From an uncultured Prevotellaceae bacterium (GTDB lineage: Bacteria; Bacteroidota; Bacteroidia; Bacteroidales; Muribaculaceae): 64,000 bases of DNA. Below, piece after piece: positions 10,489-20,531 of the stretch. The position numbers and the translations under genes were made by a program. The stretch spans positions 16,900-80,899 of the forward strand of contig CAMJJG010000005.1 in the NCBI GenBank assembly GCA_946406035.1, in the 5' to 3' direction. Each line of letters begins with the position of its first letter. Within the stretch, counting starts at the first letter, position 1. A model generated the notes under the pieces. That model was not told the DNA's origin and searched no databases. It saw only the letters and a list, made by a program, of their open reading frames with translations.

Positions 10489-11229
10489 TTAAAACTTATA
10501 GGTATAGCCCATGCCCAGCATGTGGATGTTGGGCTCATCGCTGCTGCTGCCCGACAGCTGGTAGCGGTAATAGAGCGTGAACTCGTGCTTCTTCTTGATG
10601 CTGTGATCCACTCCGACGATGAATCGCGTCTTCTCCAGCTCGCGCGTACTGTGAAACTCCACGCTGGCATACGGGTCAAACTTGCACTTGGGGATATCCC
10701 ACGCCACCTGCAGACGACTGCGTAGCACGTTCTTGCCCTTGCCACGCACCTCATGGTCCTCCCACTCGGCGTTATCAAAGTCAAAATTGTCGATCACCCT
10801 CGAGCGGCGGTAGGTGTATTGCCAGCGCTCGCGCAGGCTCACTTCGACCCGCTGTATCTTGCGACTCGCCGTGAGCGACACGTTGAAGCGGTGCCGCACG
10901 CCCCAATAGCTGGGACGCCAGTTATTGTAGCTCACGCCGTCGTCCTGATAGGTGATTTCCTCGCGATTGTTGTCGATGAGCAGGTTATAGCCCGCACTGG
11001 CCTTGAGCCAGGGCAGCACTTTGTAGCTCACCGACGGGCCAAAGGACACGCGATCGGCTGTGCGGAAATTGTTACGAGAGCGGAATTCGACTTCAAAACC
11101 GGCACTCAGGGCTTTAGTGAACTTGTGAGAGGCCTCGGCACTAACCACAAGCCCGGCATCGTCGGCGTGCAACGATGTCGGGATGAGTGCGGCACTGATC
11201 AGTAGCAGCAATGCTGCCAGTTGGTTCAT
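10489..11229 (-). CDS. Outer-membrane beta-barrel protein, DUF2490-like
   Basis: Signal peptide; alternating amphipathic strands; SLRERWQYT, LRSRLQ, PYASVE motifs; C-terminal YTYKF. ATGA overlap with the upstream gene. Confidence 0.75.
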   Translation of the reverse strand: MNQLAALLLLISAALIPTSLHADDAGLVVSAEASHKFTKALSAGFEVEFRSRNNFRTADRVSFGPSVSYKVLPWLKASAGYNLLIDNNREEITYQDDGVSYNNWRPSYWGVRHRFNVSLTASRKIQRVEVSLRERWQYTYRRSRVIDNFDFDNAEWEDHEVRGKGKNVLRSRLQVAWDIPKCKFDPYASVEFHSTRELEKTRFIVGVDHSIKKKHEFTLYYRYQLSGSSSDEPNIHMLGMGYTYKF

Positions 11230-11957
11230 TTTACTTCTTGCCATTCGTATTTTGGTACTTTTAGTTCGTTATTCACGTGGCTCATTCCGCCACCATCGTT
11301 CTCATATTCGATCTTGAGGATGGCTGTGTCCTTGAGAAAGTCGATTGATCCGACACTCACTTTCGTGATATTCAACCCCGTGCGCTTGTGCAGATCCTCG
11401 ATCAGTTCTTCACGGCGCTCGGGAGTGATCAGTTCGATGCGGTCATACAGTATCAGCTTGCTCGAGATGTCGCCACGCAGCACAAATGTCTCAAACAACC
11501 AGATCAGGCATGCTATCGACAGGTTGGGGACCAGCAACTCGACCACGCTCAGCGAGTCGGCCAGAGCGTTGATCACCGACAGGCTGATCACGCCAAACAT
11601 GTAGGACATCTCGCGCACGGGGATCGTCTCGGTGCGATACCTCAGCACCCCGAAGATGGCAAACAGTCCCAGCGCAAAACCGATTTTCACCTTCACGCTG
11701 CCCAGCAGGTAAATAAGGAAGAAAATGCTCACGCTCAGCAACACGAGCGTGAAGAAATAGTCGCGGCGATGTGTCTTGCGGTAATAGAGGAAGTAGACAA
11801 TGAAGCACAGCATCACCATGAAGAAGCCAAACCTAATGAGCATCTCCATCACGCTGGAGGCATCTAGCCAGTGGAAATCGGGTCCGCTGGCGATAGCTCC
11901 TTGAACGACATCGACAGTCCCCTCTTCTAAGCCTGTTAAATCCTGTAAAAGTAACAT
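11226..11957 (-). CDS. Inner-membrane protein, DUF4956-like
   Basis: GFALGLFAIFGVLRYRTETIPVREMSY, four to five TM helices and a soluble C-terminal domain (DLHKRTGLNI). Confidence 0.85.
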   Translation of the reverse strand: MLLLQDLTGLEEGTVDVVQGAIASGPDFHWLDASSVMEMLIRFGFFMVMLCFIVYFLYYRKTHRRDYFFTLVLLSVSIFFLIYLLGSVKVKIGFALGLFAIFGVLRYRTETIPVREMSYMFGVISLSVINALADSLSVVELLVPNLSIACLIWLFETFVLRGDISSKLILYDRIELITPERREELIEDLHKRTGLNITKVSVGSIDFLKDTAILKIEYENDGGGMSHVNNELKVPKYEWQEVK

Positions 11958-11980
11958 AATATCATCTCTGTTTTTGGTAG

Positions 11981-12805
11981 TTAATAATCGTGACGTGTAT
12001 TTTTTGATTCTTGTTGATTAATGCGTCCCATCAAGCGCTCGATCATGTGCAGGCGTTCCTTGAAGTTGTTGCGCTTCAACCCCGGGTTGGTCAATGCCGA
12101 CCCCATGCAGTACTTGGAAAAACCGCTGGGCTTGATGCGCAACTCCCGCAACAGCCCCAGGATGGGCGACGGTTGCAGGCCGTCACGCTTGAGCTCAATG
12201 ATGACCAGCCCCGTCAAGTCGGCTTCCTTGCCCGTCACCAGGTTGTGGAAACGCAATCCCGTGTCGATGGTCAGGCGCTCGGTCTTGGCCTTGTTGACCA
12301 GCGTGATGCGGTTGAAGTGGTTCTCCAGATGCTCGCTCAACACCGTCGGGTCATAACGCAGGTGGCGGCGCAGGAAATCGTCATAGCTGCGGTACTGGGC
12401 ATCCTGGCGCTGGAACCTGATGCCGTGATCGGGGTTCAATGGGTCAAACCCCAGCATGTCCACACGTTTCTTCTTGGTGCGCCCATGATTGTTCTTGGTC
12501 TTCACCTCCAGGTAATTCAGGCCCGAGTCCACATAGGACCGGATGCGCAACTTCTGGCGCCCGGCATGGCCATTTTGGTGAACGATATACATGTTGTTGT
12601 CTGGCGTGTCAAAGTAGGCCGTGTAGTAACTCGCAATGCGTTTTCCCTCAATTTCCTGGGCACGGTAATCGTCGCGCGCTAGCATCAACAACAGCTTGAG
12701 CCGGTCAACCGTCGTGACAAACTTGGTATCAGTCCGGTTCATCAGTTTAATTCCACTCATTTCATCAAGTGTTATTGGGCTATATGTGTTGATGATGCTT
12801 TCCAT
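11981..12805 (-). CDS. VTC-domain (polyphosphate polymerase / CYTH-TTM tunnel fold) protein
   Basis: LMNRTDTKF, YFDT, RQKLRIRSY, LEVKTK, ERLTIDT, IIELK and FSKYC motifs. Confidence 0.88.
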   Translation of the reverse strand: MESIINTYSPITLDEMSGIKLMNRTDTKFVTTVDRLKLLLMLARDDYRAQEIEGKRIASYYTAYFDTPDNNMYIVHQNGHAGRQKLRIRSYVDSGLNYLEVKTKNNHGRTKKKRVDMLGFDPLNPDHGIRFQRQDAQYRSYDDFLRRHLRYDPTVLSEHLENHFNRITLVNKAKTERLTIDTGLRFHNLVTGKEADLTGLVIIELKRDGLQPSPILGLLRELRIKPSGFSKYCMGSALTNPGLKRNNFKERLHMIERLMGRINQQESKNTRHDY

Positions 12806-12949
12806 TGCGGTGCAAATATATCACTTTATTAACGAAAAACAATCTCATAGATTGTGATTTTTAAGCAAAAATCAGTCAATTATTAGAATAAATCAATCAA
12901 CCTCATAAAAATCAATCAAGAACGGTGTATAAATCGCCAATGCGGTCAT

Positions 12950-12979
12950 TTGTAACAGGTTTGTAATGTAATCATTACA
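12950..12979 (+). promoter_or_regulatory. Pho-box-like 11-bp-period direct repeat between divergent promoters
   Basis: TTGTAACAGGT-TTGTAAT with TGTAA at 12951, 12962 and 12967; -7 elements at 13000-13007 (+) and 12813-12820 (-). Confidence 0.55.
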
Positions 12980-13016
12980 CCCATGTGGAATATTTTTCCT
13001 ACATTTGCGACTGATT

Positions 13017-13703
13017 ATGAGAAGACAACAGATATTAGTAGTCGATGACGAGCGGGACCTGTGTGAGATTCTGCAATTCAATCTCACCAATGTGGGTTAT
13101 GTTGTGGATATCGCCAACTCTGGCGAGGAAGCGTTGAGAAAAGACATCTCGCGATATGACCTGCTGCTGCTCGATGTGATGATGCCAGGCATGTCAGGAT
13201 TTGGCGTGGCACGACATCTCAAGAACGACAAGGCGACAGCCTCTATCCCCATTATTTTCCTCACTGCTCTGGGCAGCGAGGCCGATGTGTTGCAAGGCTT
13301 TGAACTCGGGGCCGACGATTACATCTCCAAGCCCTTCTCAATCAAGGAGGTCAAGGCAAGGGTAAAGGCGGTGCTGGGACGCACCTCGACCGACGTCGAG
13401 CCCCAGCCCACCGTGCTGCAATACGAGGGGCTCAGACTTGACCTCATCAAGATGACCGTCAGCGTCGACAAGCAGCCCGTGTCGCTCACCAGAACCGAGT
13501 TTGACCTCTTGCGACTGCTGCTCGAGAACCGAGGGCAGGTTTTCTCGCGCCAGGAGGTCCTCGAGAGGGTGTGGCCCAGCGACGTCATCGTGACCAACCG
13601 CACCGTCGACGTCAACATCACCCGCATGCGCAAGAAAATCGGGCGATACTCTTCCTGCATCATTACCCGACATCGATTTGGATATCAATTCATCGGGGTA
13701 TGA
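13017..13703 (+). CDS. phoB: OmpR/PhoB-family response regulator (Bacteroides PhoB-like)
   Basis: ILVVDDERDLCEILQFNL, LLDVMMP, GADDYISKPF and winged helix RTVDVNITRMRKKIG. Confidence 0.8.
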   Translation: MRRQQILVVDDERDLCEILQFNLTNVGYVVDIANSGEEALRKDISRYDLLLLDVMMPGMSGFGVARHLKNDKATASIPIIFLTALGSEADVLQGFELGADDYISKPFSIKEVKARVKAVLGRTSTDVEPQPTVLQYEGLRLDLIKMTVSVDKQPVSLTRTEFDLLRLLLENRGQVFSRQEVLERVWPSDVIVTNRTVDVNITRMRKKIGRYSSCIITRHRFGYQFIGV

Positions 13704-14620
13704 AAAAGTTGACCGAGGGCAACAAGATGTTCTTGAGCGTAATGGTGGTGTTTATCCTTTACGCCTTGATTTTTATCGCCTTCGAGGATTACGACCGCAC
13801 GGTGCTTGAGCCACTTGACCAGACGAGCGACCTGCACCAGCTACTGTTCTCGCTCGTCGTCCTAGTGGGACTGGGATTCCTCTTGCACCGCTACGCCAGG
13901 CGCATGGATGAGCGCATCAGCCAGGAACAAGCCGACAAGCAGAACATCATGCGGCGGCAGCTCACCCAGAACATCTCCCACGAGCTCAAAACACCCATCG
14001 CGAGCATCCTGGGATATACCGAGACCATACTCGAGCATCCCGACATGAACGACGAGACTCGCACTCAGTTTCTGAAGCGCACATTGTCGCAGGCTCAACG
14101 ACTCACGTCATTACTGCAGGACATCTCAACGCTCAACCGCATGGACTATGCCACCGACATGATCAAGATGCAGTCCATCAATGTGGCCGATATCGTCAGC
14201 GAGGTGATACAGGAAACCGCACTCGCCGCCAGCAAAAAACACATCAACGTGATCAACTACCTGCCACAAAAGATTATAATCAACGGCAACCAATCGCTCA
14301 TCTACAGCATCTTCCGCAACCTCATCGATAACGCCATCAACTATGCGGGCAACGACACGACAATCAAAATTGACGTCCAGGAGAAATTCGACAAATGGTT
14401 GTTCACATTTGCCGACAACGGCGTCGGCATCGCTCAAGAGCACCTGACGCGCATCTTTGAGCGCTTCTACCGCATCGACAAGGGACGCAGCCGCTCGCTG
14501 GGAGGAACAGGACTGGGACTTGCCATTGTCAAGAACGCCGTCCTGCTGCACGGCGGCACAATCAAGGCCCTCCCCGCCCAGGGGGGGGGAATGTGCTTTG
14601 AGTTCTCGCTCAAGAAATAA
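13700..14620 (+). CDS. phoR: Sensor histidine kinase (PhoR-like)
   Basis: Two TM helices; RQLTQNISHELKTP H-box; NLIDNAINY, DNGVGI, FERFYRIDKGRSR, GGTGLGL. ATGA overlap with the regulator. Confidence 0.8.
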   Translation: MKKLTEGNKMFLSVMVVFILYALIFIAFEDYDRTVLEPLDQTSDLHQLLFSLVVLVGLGFLLHRYARRMDERISQEQADKQNIMRRQLTQNISHELKTPIASILGYTETILEHPDMNDETRTQFLKRTLSQAQRLTSLLQDISTLNRMDYATDMIKMQSINVADIVSEVIQETALAASKKHINVINYLPQKIIINGNQSLIYSIFRNLIDNAINYAGNDTTIKIDVQEKFDKWLFTFADNGVGIAQEHLTRIFERFYRIDKGRSRSLGGTGLGLAIVKNAVLLHGGTIKALPAQGGGMCFEFSLKK

Positions 14621-14719
14621 GAATTGACGCTATTCACTGCGGGCAATAACTCATGGCAATGATATAGCAGTTCAACCAATCCCCATCAGCCTAGCACGGG
14701 GGAGCGCGACATCAATGCC

Positions 14720-15394
14720 TTATCTGGCTGGAGCCATCTCGAAACCCAAACGCACTCCATCATACTGCTTGCTCAGGTCTCCCACAGTCTTCAACGTGCT
14801 GTTACCGCTAAGGGCAGCAACGGCCTGCAACACCTTCAACAGGTTCTTGCTCTCAAACGTCAAGGCCAAACCGCCTGCCGTGCGGGTCACATAGGCATTG
14901 GAGCTGAAAAGCATCGTCTTGAGCTTGATCGTGCCCGTCGAGGGATCATAGGTATAAGTTCCACTCAAGGGTATGCCCTTTACCTTGGCAGCAAACTGAT
15001 GATCTTGGGTGAACTGGAACTGCGTGTTCTGGGCGCTGATGCCCAGGGAATTGTAAACCGACTGCATTTTCTCTTTACAATTCTCGGCAGCAACCGCACC
15101 GCCGGCCTTGGCCAGCAGGTTCTCGCTCGTGAAGGCACAACCAGGCTCTGTATAGTACCATGACCCATAGAGCTCGCTCTCGCTCACCTTGACACTGCCT
15201 ATCACCAGCCCGAGCAAGCCGTCAACAGTGTTCTGTGAGCCCAGCACACCCAGCACCGAGCCCAACACGTTACCCAGCGTGCTATTGCCCGACTCGCCAC
15301 TCGTTCCTGACCCCAGGCCATTGAGTAAACCGGTCGTGCAACTTGAGCACACAAGCAGCATTGCAACAAACAATGTAGAATAAACCTTTTTCAT
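14720..15394 (-). CDS. Lipoprotein, DUF4923-like
   Basis: Lipobox CSSC, Gly/Leu-rich N-terminus, GSWYYTEPGCAFTSENLLAKAGG, and GVRLGFEM C-terminus. Confidence 0.7.
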   Translation of the reverse strand: MKKVYSTLFVAMLLVCSSCTTGLLNGLGSGTSGESGNSTLGNVLGSVLGVLGSQNTVDGLLGLVIGSVKVSESELYGSWYYTEPGCAFTSENLLAKAGGAVAAENCKEKMQSVYNSLGISAQNTQFQFTQDHQFAAKVKGIPLSGTYTYDPSTGTIKLKTMLFSSNAYVTRTAGGLALTFESKNLLKVLQAVAALSGNSTLKTVGDLSKQYDGVRLGFEMAPAR

Positions 15395-15492
15395 TTTTCT
15401 AACAATTTAAAGTTATTTTTTTCACTGATAACCGCATATATACAATATATGATTGTGATTTCGCAACGACAATAGGCAATAATTACGCCTAA

Positions 15493-16341
15493 TCAAACCA
15501 GCAAGTCACCACTGGCAATGATGAAGCTCTCGCCGCCAACCCAGATGCTGCCGCCGCCGCGCACGCTCGTCGTGATCACCGACGGGCGCGACATGGCCTC
15601 GCCCTGCAGGTATCGGCACTGCTGTCCCTCTTTAACGTGGCCATGGCGGCACAGGTAGTGGGTCAAAGCGGCATTGGCCGTGCCGGTGGCCGATTCCTCG
15701 GGGACACCATATCGAGGCGCGAAATTGCGCACGTGGGCCGTATAGCCATCGTCACTCATGGCAAACGCGTGAACGCCCACAACGTCCAGTTCCTTGCTAT
15801 AGGCCGCCAGGGCATCCATATCGGGTCGCAGGGCATCGAGTGCCGCCCTATCGGTGACGGGCATGATGATGTCAGGCAAGCCTGTCGATACCACCTCACA
15901 TGCCATCGACGGCGCTTGCGGCTCCGCCTGGCTCCCCTGCATGATCGGGTATAGCCGAGCCACATCCACAACGACATCAAGCACACGTGGTGGCGCCATC
16001 TGCATCATCACTTGCTCGCCCGCCTCGATCAGCAGATCGCCGGCAAGCGTGTGGTTCATGCAACGGCTACCGGCAGCGATTATGCCCTCTTTCCACAGCA
16101 CACCAAATGTCGCGATTGTCGCATGACCGCACAGGTCCACCTCACCTGCAGGCGTGAAATAGCGCACGGTAAACTCCTTCTCGCCGTTCTGTTGAACAAA
16201 GGCCGTCTCGCTATACCTGTACTCGGCTGCAACCTGTTGCATCAGTTTCTCACTGGGGAAGTCGCCATCAAGCAATACCACTCCAGCGGGATTCCCGCCA
16301 AACGCCACACTGGTGAACGCATCTACAACATAATATTTCAT
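15493..16341 (-). CDS. PhzF-family isomerase
   Basis: VDAFT...GGNPAGV, SETAF, EVDLCGHATIA and EESATGTA. Confidence 0.92.
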   Translation of the reverse strand: MKYYVVDAFTSVAFGGNPAGVVLLDGDFPSEKLMQQVAAEYRYSETAFVQQNGEKEFTVRYFTPAGEVDLCGHATIATFGVLWKEGIIAAGSRCMNHTLAGDLLIEAGEQVMMQMAPPRVLDVVVDVARLYPIMQGSQAEPQAPSMACEVVSTGLPDIIMPVTDRAALDALRPDMDALAAYSKELDVVGVHAFAMSDDGYTAHVRNFAPRYGVPEESATGTANAALTHYLCRHGHVKEGQQCRYLQGEAMSRPSVITTSVRGGGSIWVGGESFIIASGDLLV

Positions 16342-16815
16342 CGTTACCAATTATTTTATTATAGATCACGCTACAAAGGTAACTCATTTTCCCCGACTTG
16401 CCAAACCACACGAGTGGCAATCAGGTCTCTGGTATACGCTATCTTACGCGGCTGGCAGACCAGCACTTGACTACTGTTGCCAAGCTAATCATGTCCATAA
16501 CAATCGCATTGCCTCCCGAGCAACAAAATCAAGCAAAACACTGTATAACAGACATATACAGCAACAGCCAGAAGAGAGATCATCATGCTTTCAACACCTC
16601 AGTCACCATCTCTTTTCTCTCATTGGACAATCATTCACGCTCTTCTCCCCGCACAACAGGCGGCAAGGTCTCGCCAATAAAAAAAACAAAGAAATAATCA
16701 CCAAAATGCGATAATTTAAAAAAAAGTTGTACTTTTGGCTGAATGAATTGAATCTTTATTGAGGTTCTATCGTCATGAGACCGAACCATTTGTCGATTAA
16801 CAAAACTTGGATTTT

Positions 16816-18435
16816 ATGAGGCACTATCTAACAAATCTGGAAAAAACCATCCGCGAACAATGGACACAAAAAGCCCTGTGTGACTATAATGGCGACTCGT
16901 TCACCTATGCCCAACTGGCTACCGATATCGAGAGGTTCGGCATCTTCCTTGACACTGCCGGAATTGGCAAGGGAGAAAAAATCGCCATCTGCGCGCGCAA
17001 CTCGGCCAGGTGGGCGATGACCTTTTGGGGCATCAATGTGAATGGCCGCATTGCGGTTCCTTTGCTTGCCGACTTCCACCCCAATAACATCATCACGCTC
17101 ACCAACCATTCCGATAGTGTGGTCCTATTTGTTGACAATGACATCTGGGCAAAACTCATTCCCGACGACATGCCCACCCTCAAAGCGGCCATTAACGTCA
17201 AGGACGGGAAATTGCTATGGCATCGCGACCAGCAAGTGGCTATGGCGTGGGAACAACGCAAGCAGGCCTTTGAACAACGCTATCCCGATGGCATATGGCC
17301 CGAGCAAGTGACCTTTGCCACCGACAACTTTGACGACGTGGCCATCATCAATTACACTTCCGGAACAACGGGTAACCCTAAGGGGGTAATGCTCACCTAT
17401 GGCGCCATCTCCGACACCGACGAGTTTGCCAACTCGCACTTCCCGAACCATCCTGGAGAGACCGTCGTGTCGATGCTGCCTCTGGCCCACATGTACGGCC
17501 TGGCCATCGAGTTCATCCACCCTAACGTCGATGGGGTCACTGTCTATTTCCTGGGCAAAACGCCGTCACCGACCACCCTGCTCAAGGCCATGCGCGACAT
17601 CAAGCCCTATATGGTGGTAACCGTGCCGCTGGTCATGGAGAAAATCTATGCCAACGCCATCAAGCCGGCTCTCGAGAAGGCCAAGGCGCTGCTCGCTATT
17701 CCCGGCATCAACAACCTGATATACAAGAAAGTCCGCAAGAGCGTGATCCAAGCCTTTGGCGGCGCTGTAAGGTGCTTCATCATGGGTGGTGCCGCTCTCA
17801 ACCCCGAGGCCGAGCGGTGCTTCAAGAAGATTCACCTGCCATATACCGTGGGATATGGAATGACCGAGGCTTGCCCGCTGCTGGGCTATGAATGGTGGAC
17901 CAAGTTTGTGCCGGGATCATGCGGCAAACCTGTCCACGAAATCCGCATCGACTCCACCGACCCGGTTCATGTGCCTGGCGAAATCCAGGCCAGGGGGGCC
18001 AACCTCACCATCGGCTACTACAAGAACCCCGAAGCCACCGCCGCTGCTTTCACCCAGGACGGATGGTTCCGCACTGGTGACCTGGGCGTGATGGACAAGG
18101 ATGGCAACATGTTCATCCGCGGGCGCATCAAGTCGATGATCCTCAACTCGTCGGGCCAGAACATCTACCCCGAGGAGGTCGAGGCGGTGCTCGCTAACTG
18201 CAAGCACGTCACCGAGTGCCTGGTCGTGGATCGTGACGGCAAGATAGTGGCTCTCGTCTACAGCGAGCTGCCCGATGACATCGACGACGAGACCAGAGCA
18301 GCCATCCCCGGGCAGATACGCGACGAGGCCAACAAGTCACTCCCGGCCTACAGCAAGATAACAAGCGTCGAACTCATGGCCGAGCCCTTCGAGAAGACAC
18401 CCAAAATGAGCATCAAGCGCTTCCTCTACCACTAA
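16816..18435 (+). CDS. Long-chain fatty acid-CoA ligase (AMP-binding family)
   Basis: YTSGTTGNPKG, GYGMTE, WFRTGDLG and GQNIYPEEVE. Confidence 0.92.
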   Translation: MRHYLTNLEKTIREQWTQKALCDYNGDSFTYAQLATDIERFGIFLDTAGIGKGEKIAICARNSARWAMTFWGINVNGRIAVPLLADFHPNNIITLTNHSDSVVLFVDNDIWAKLIPDDMPTLKAAINVKDGKLLWHRDQQVAMAWEQRKQAFEQRYPDGIWPEQVTFATDNFDDVAIINYTSGTTGNPKGVMLTYGAISDTDEFANSHFPNHPGETVVSMLPLAHMYGLAIEFIHPNVDGVTVYFLGKTPSPTTLLKAMRDIKPYMVVTVPLVMEKIYANAIKPALEKAKALLAIPGINNLIYKKVRKSVIQAFGGAVRCFIMGGAALNPEAERCFKKIHLPYTVGYGMTEACPLLGYEWWTKFVPGSCGKPVHEIRIDSTDPVHVPGEIQARGANLTIGYYKNPEATAAAFTQDGWFRTGDLGVMDKDGNMFIRGRIKSMILNSSGQNIYPEEVEAVLANCKHVTECLVVDRDGKIVALVYSELPDDIDDETRAAIPGQIRDEANKSLPAYSKITSVELMAEPFEKTPKMSIKRFLYH

Positions 18436-18589
18436 TTCCAGTCCAGCAAGCAGAATGCCCACTCTCTGACAATCAATTTGCCGGAATTCATTGGCTAATG
18501 CTTTGCACGAGACTCGATTTGTCGAACTGACACCGATTTCTATCGTGCCCAGGGCATTCATCTGTCCCGTTGCTCTGACTCAGAAGACA

Positions 18590-20326
18590 TCAGCTGCCTG
18601 CCTTGTCGTTCATCTTCTCACGGGCGCTCAGGTTGTCGGTGAAATTCTTGGTCAGGCGCTCGCTCTGCTTCTCCAGCGTCGACGAGAAGTAGACGATGAA
18701 CAGGATGGCCACGAACGCAAACATGCCCAGCCAGCTGGTCCAGGGAACGGCATAATCGACGATGAAGCTGACAAAGACGGCCGTGATCAAGAAGCGCAGC
18801 ACGCCATAGGCCGTCAGCCTGACGCGCCAGTGGGCACCGCTGTCCCACAACTTATTAACCTCGGGGCTGTCGCCATCGGAACGCATCATCATCCACAAGA
18901 AGGGTGAGCACAACAGGGCGGTAATGACGGCGGTGACTGGGTGAACCCATCGCTCAGGCACCATGTCGGCAATGAGCGGCTCACCGTAATAGAGCATAAC
19001 GGCCATGATGGCCACACACAGCACACAGCTAATGAGCATGACGAAAACAAATCGCTTGAAACAACTGTTATATAGCTGCTGCAGTTCGTCTGAGACCTTC
19101 TCGTCCTTCTCATTGGTGTTACGCTCCAGCCTGGCAATCCACTTGGCGGGCAGCACGCGCGCCACCACTTTATAGGCCGGCTCGGCCAGGCGTATCATGT
19201 AGGGTGTAGTGAACGTGGTAAATACCGACACGGCCACCACGATGGGATACAGGAAATCGCTGGTGACATGCAACGAGGTGCCCAGGGTAGCGAGGATAAA
19301 GGCAAACTCACCAATCTGGGTCAGCGAGAACGAGCACTGCATCGACGTCTTCAACGACTGGCCCGAGAGCAGGAAACCGCAGGTGCTCAAGATCGTCTGG
19401 CCCAGGATGACGGCGGCGATGATGCTGATAATCGGCACGATATACTCGATGATGAGCTGCATGTCAACCATCATGCCCACCGACACAAAGAAGATCGCTC
19501 CGAACAGGTTCTTGACGGGCGAAACCAGATGCTCGATAGTCTCGGCCTCCACCGTCTCGGCCAGGATGCTGCCCATCACAAAGGCGCCAAAGGCGGCCGA
19601 GAAGCCTGCTGCCGATGCCGCCACCACCATGCCGAAGCACAGGGCGAGGGCGACGATGAGCAGTGTCTCACTGTTCAACAGCGGCTTGAGCTTGCGCAGT
19701 GCCATAGGGATGAAATAGAGGCCCACCGTGAACCACAGCACGAGGTAAAGGCCCAGCTGCAAGATGGAACCCAGCATCTGCGACCCCTCAAACTCCTTGC
19801 TCACCGCAAGGGTCGAGAGCATCACCATGAGCACAATGGCCAGTATGTCCTCGATAATGAGTACGCTCAGCACGAGTCCGGCAAAGCGTTTCTGGCGAAG
19901 CCCCATATCGTCAAATGCCTTGAAAATGATCGTGGTGGACGACATCGCCAGCATGCCGCCCAGGAAGATGCAGTCCATATCGCTCCAACCGAACAGGGAA
20001 CCGGTAAACGAGCCGACATACATCATGGCTAGAATGATCGAGACGGCGGCAATGATGGGGGCCGCACCCATCTTGAGTATCTTCTTGAACGAGAATTCCA
20101 GGCCCAGGGCGAACAGCAGGAAGATTACACCGATTTCGCTCCACACGTGGATGCCGTGCATGTCGGTTACACTGGGCATATAGGGCATGTTGGGCGAGGC
20201 CAGGAAGCCCGCCACGATATAACCCAAAACAATTGGCTGCTTAAGGCTCTTAAAAAGCAGCGTCATGACACCTGCACTGATGAGAATCAGCGCGAGGTCG
20301 GCAATTAACGGTTCAAGTTGTGACAT
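18590..20326 (-). CDS. CPA2-family cation:proton antiporter
   Basis: KQPIVLGYIVAG, LFALGLEFS, SSTTII, LIIEDI, FFVSVG and QIGEFAFI. Confidence 0.92.
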   Translation of the reverse strand: MSQLEPLIADLALILISAGVMTLLFKSLKQPIVLGYIVAGFLASPNMPYMPSVTDMHGIHVWSEIGVIFLLFALGLEFSFKKILKMGAAPIIAAVSIILAMMYVGSFTGSLFGWSDMDCIFLGGMLAMSSTTIIFKAFDDMGLRQKRFAGLVLSVLIIEDILAIVLMVMLSTLAVSKEFEGSQMLGSILQLGLYLVLWFTVGLYFIPMALRKLKPLLNSETLLIVALALCFGMVVAASAAGFSAAFGAFVMGSILAETVEAETIEHLVSPVKNLFGAIFFVSVGMMVDMQLIIEYIVPIISIIAAVILGQTILSTCGFLLSGQSLKTSMQCSFSLTQIGEFAFILATLGTSLHVTSDFLYPIVVAVSVFTTFTTPYMIRLAEPAYKVVARVLPAKWIARLERNTNEKDEKVSDELQQLYNSCFKRFVFVMLISCVLCVAIMAVMLYYGEPLIADMVPERWVHPVTAVITALLCSPFLWMMMRSDGDSPEVNKLWDSGAHWRVRLTAYGVLRFLITAVFVSFIVDYAVPWTSWLGMFAFVAILFIVYFSSTLEKQSERLTKNFTDNLSAREKMNDKAGS

Positions 20327-20531
20327 CTATACTGTGTGCTAAAATATATACTGATTTACGAATTATTTTGCAAAATTACAACCATTTTTTAGGTTGTACA
20401 ATATTTTTAACACGCATGTTAGCCATTTTTTGTAGGAAAATTGTTTTCTTTGCACAATTTTTCAGATTATTTAGTTTTTTAAAGTGTATAGACACATTAA
20501 AAAAATGAATTTAGGTGCAATGAGCGTGTAG

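Noticed and set aside
16395-16480. Cobalamin riboswitch-like words (CCAGAGACCTG, GCCACT) on the minus strand
   Set aside because: The motifs are in the wrong order, the conserved GGGAA elements are not placed correctly, and the downstream gene has its own promoter.
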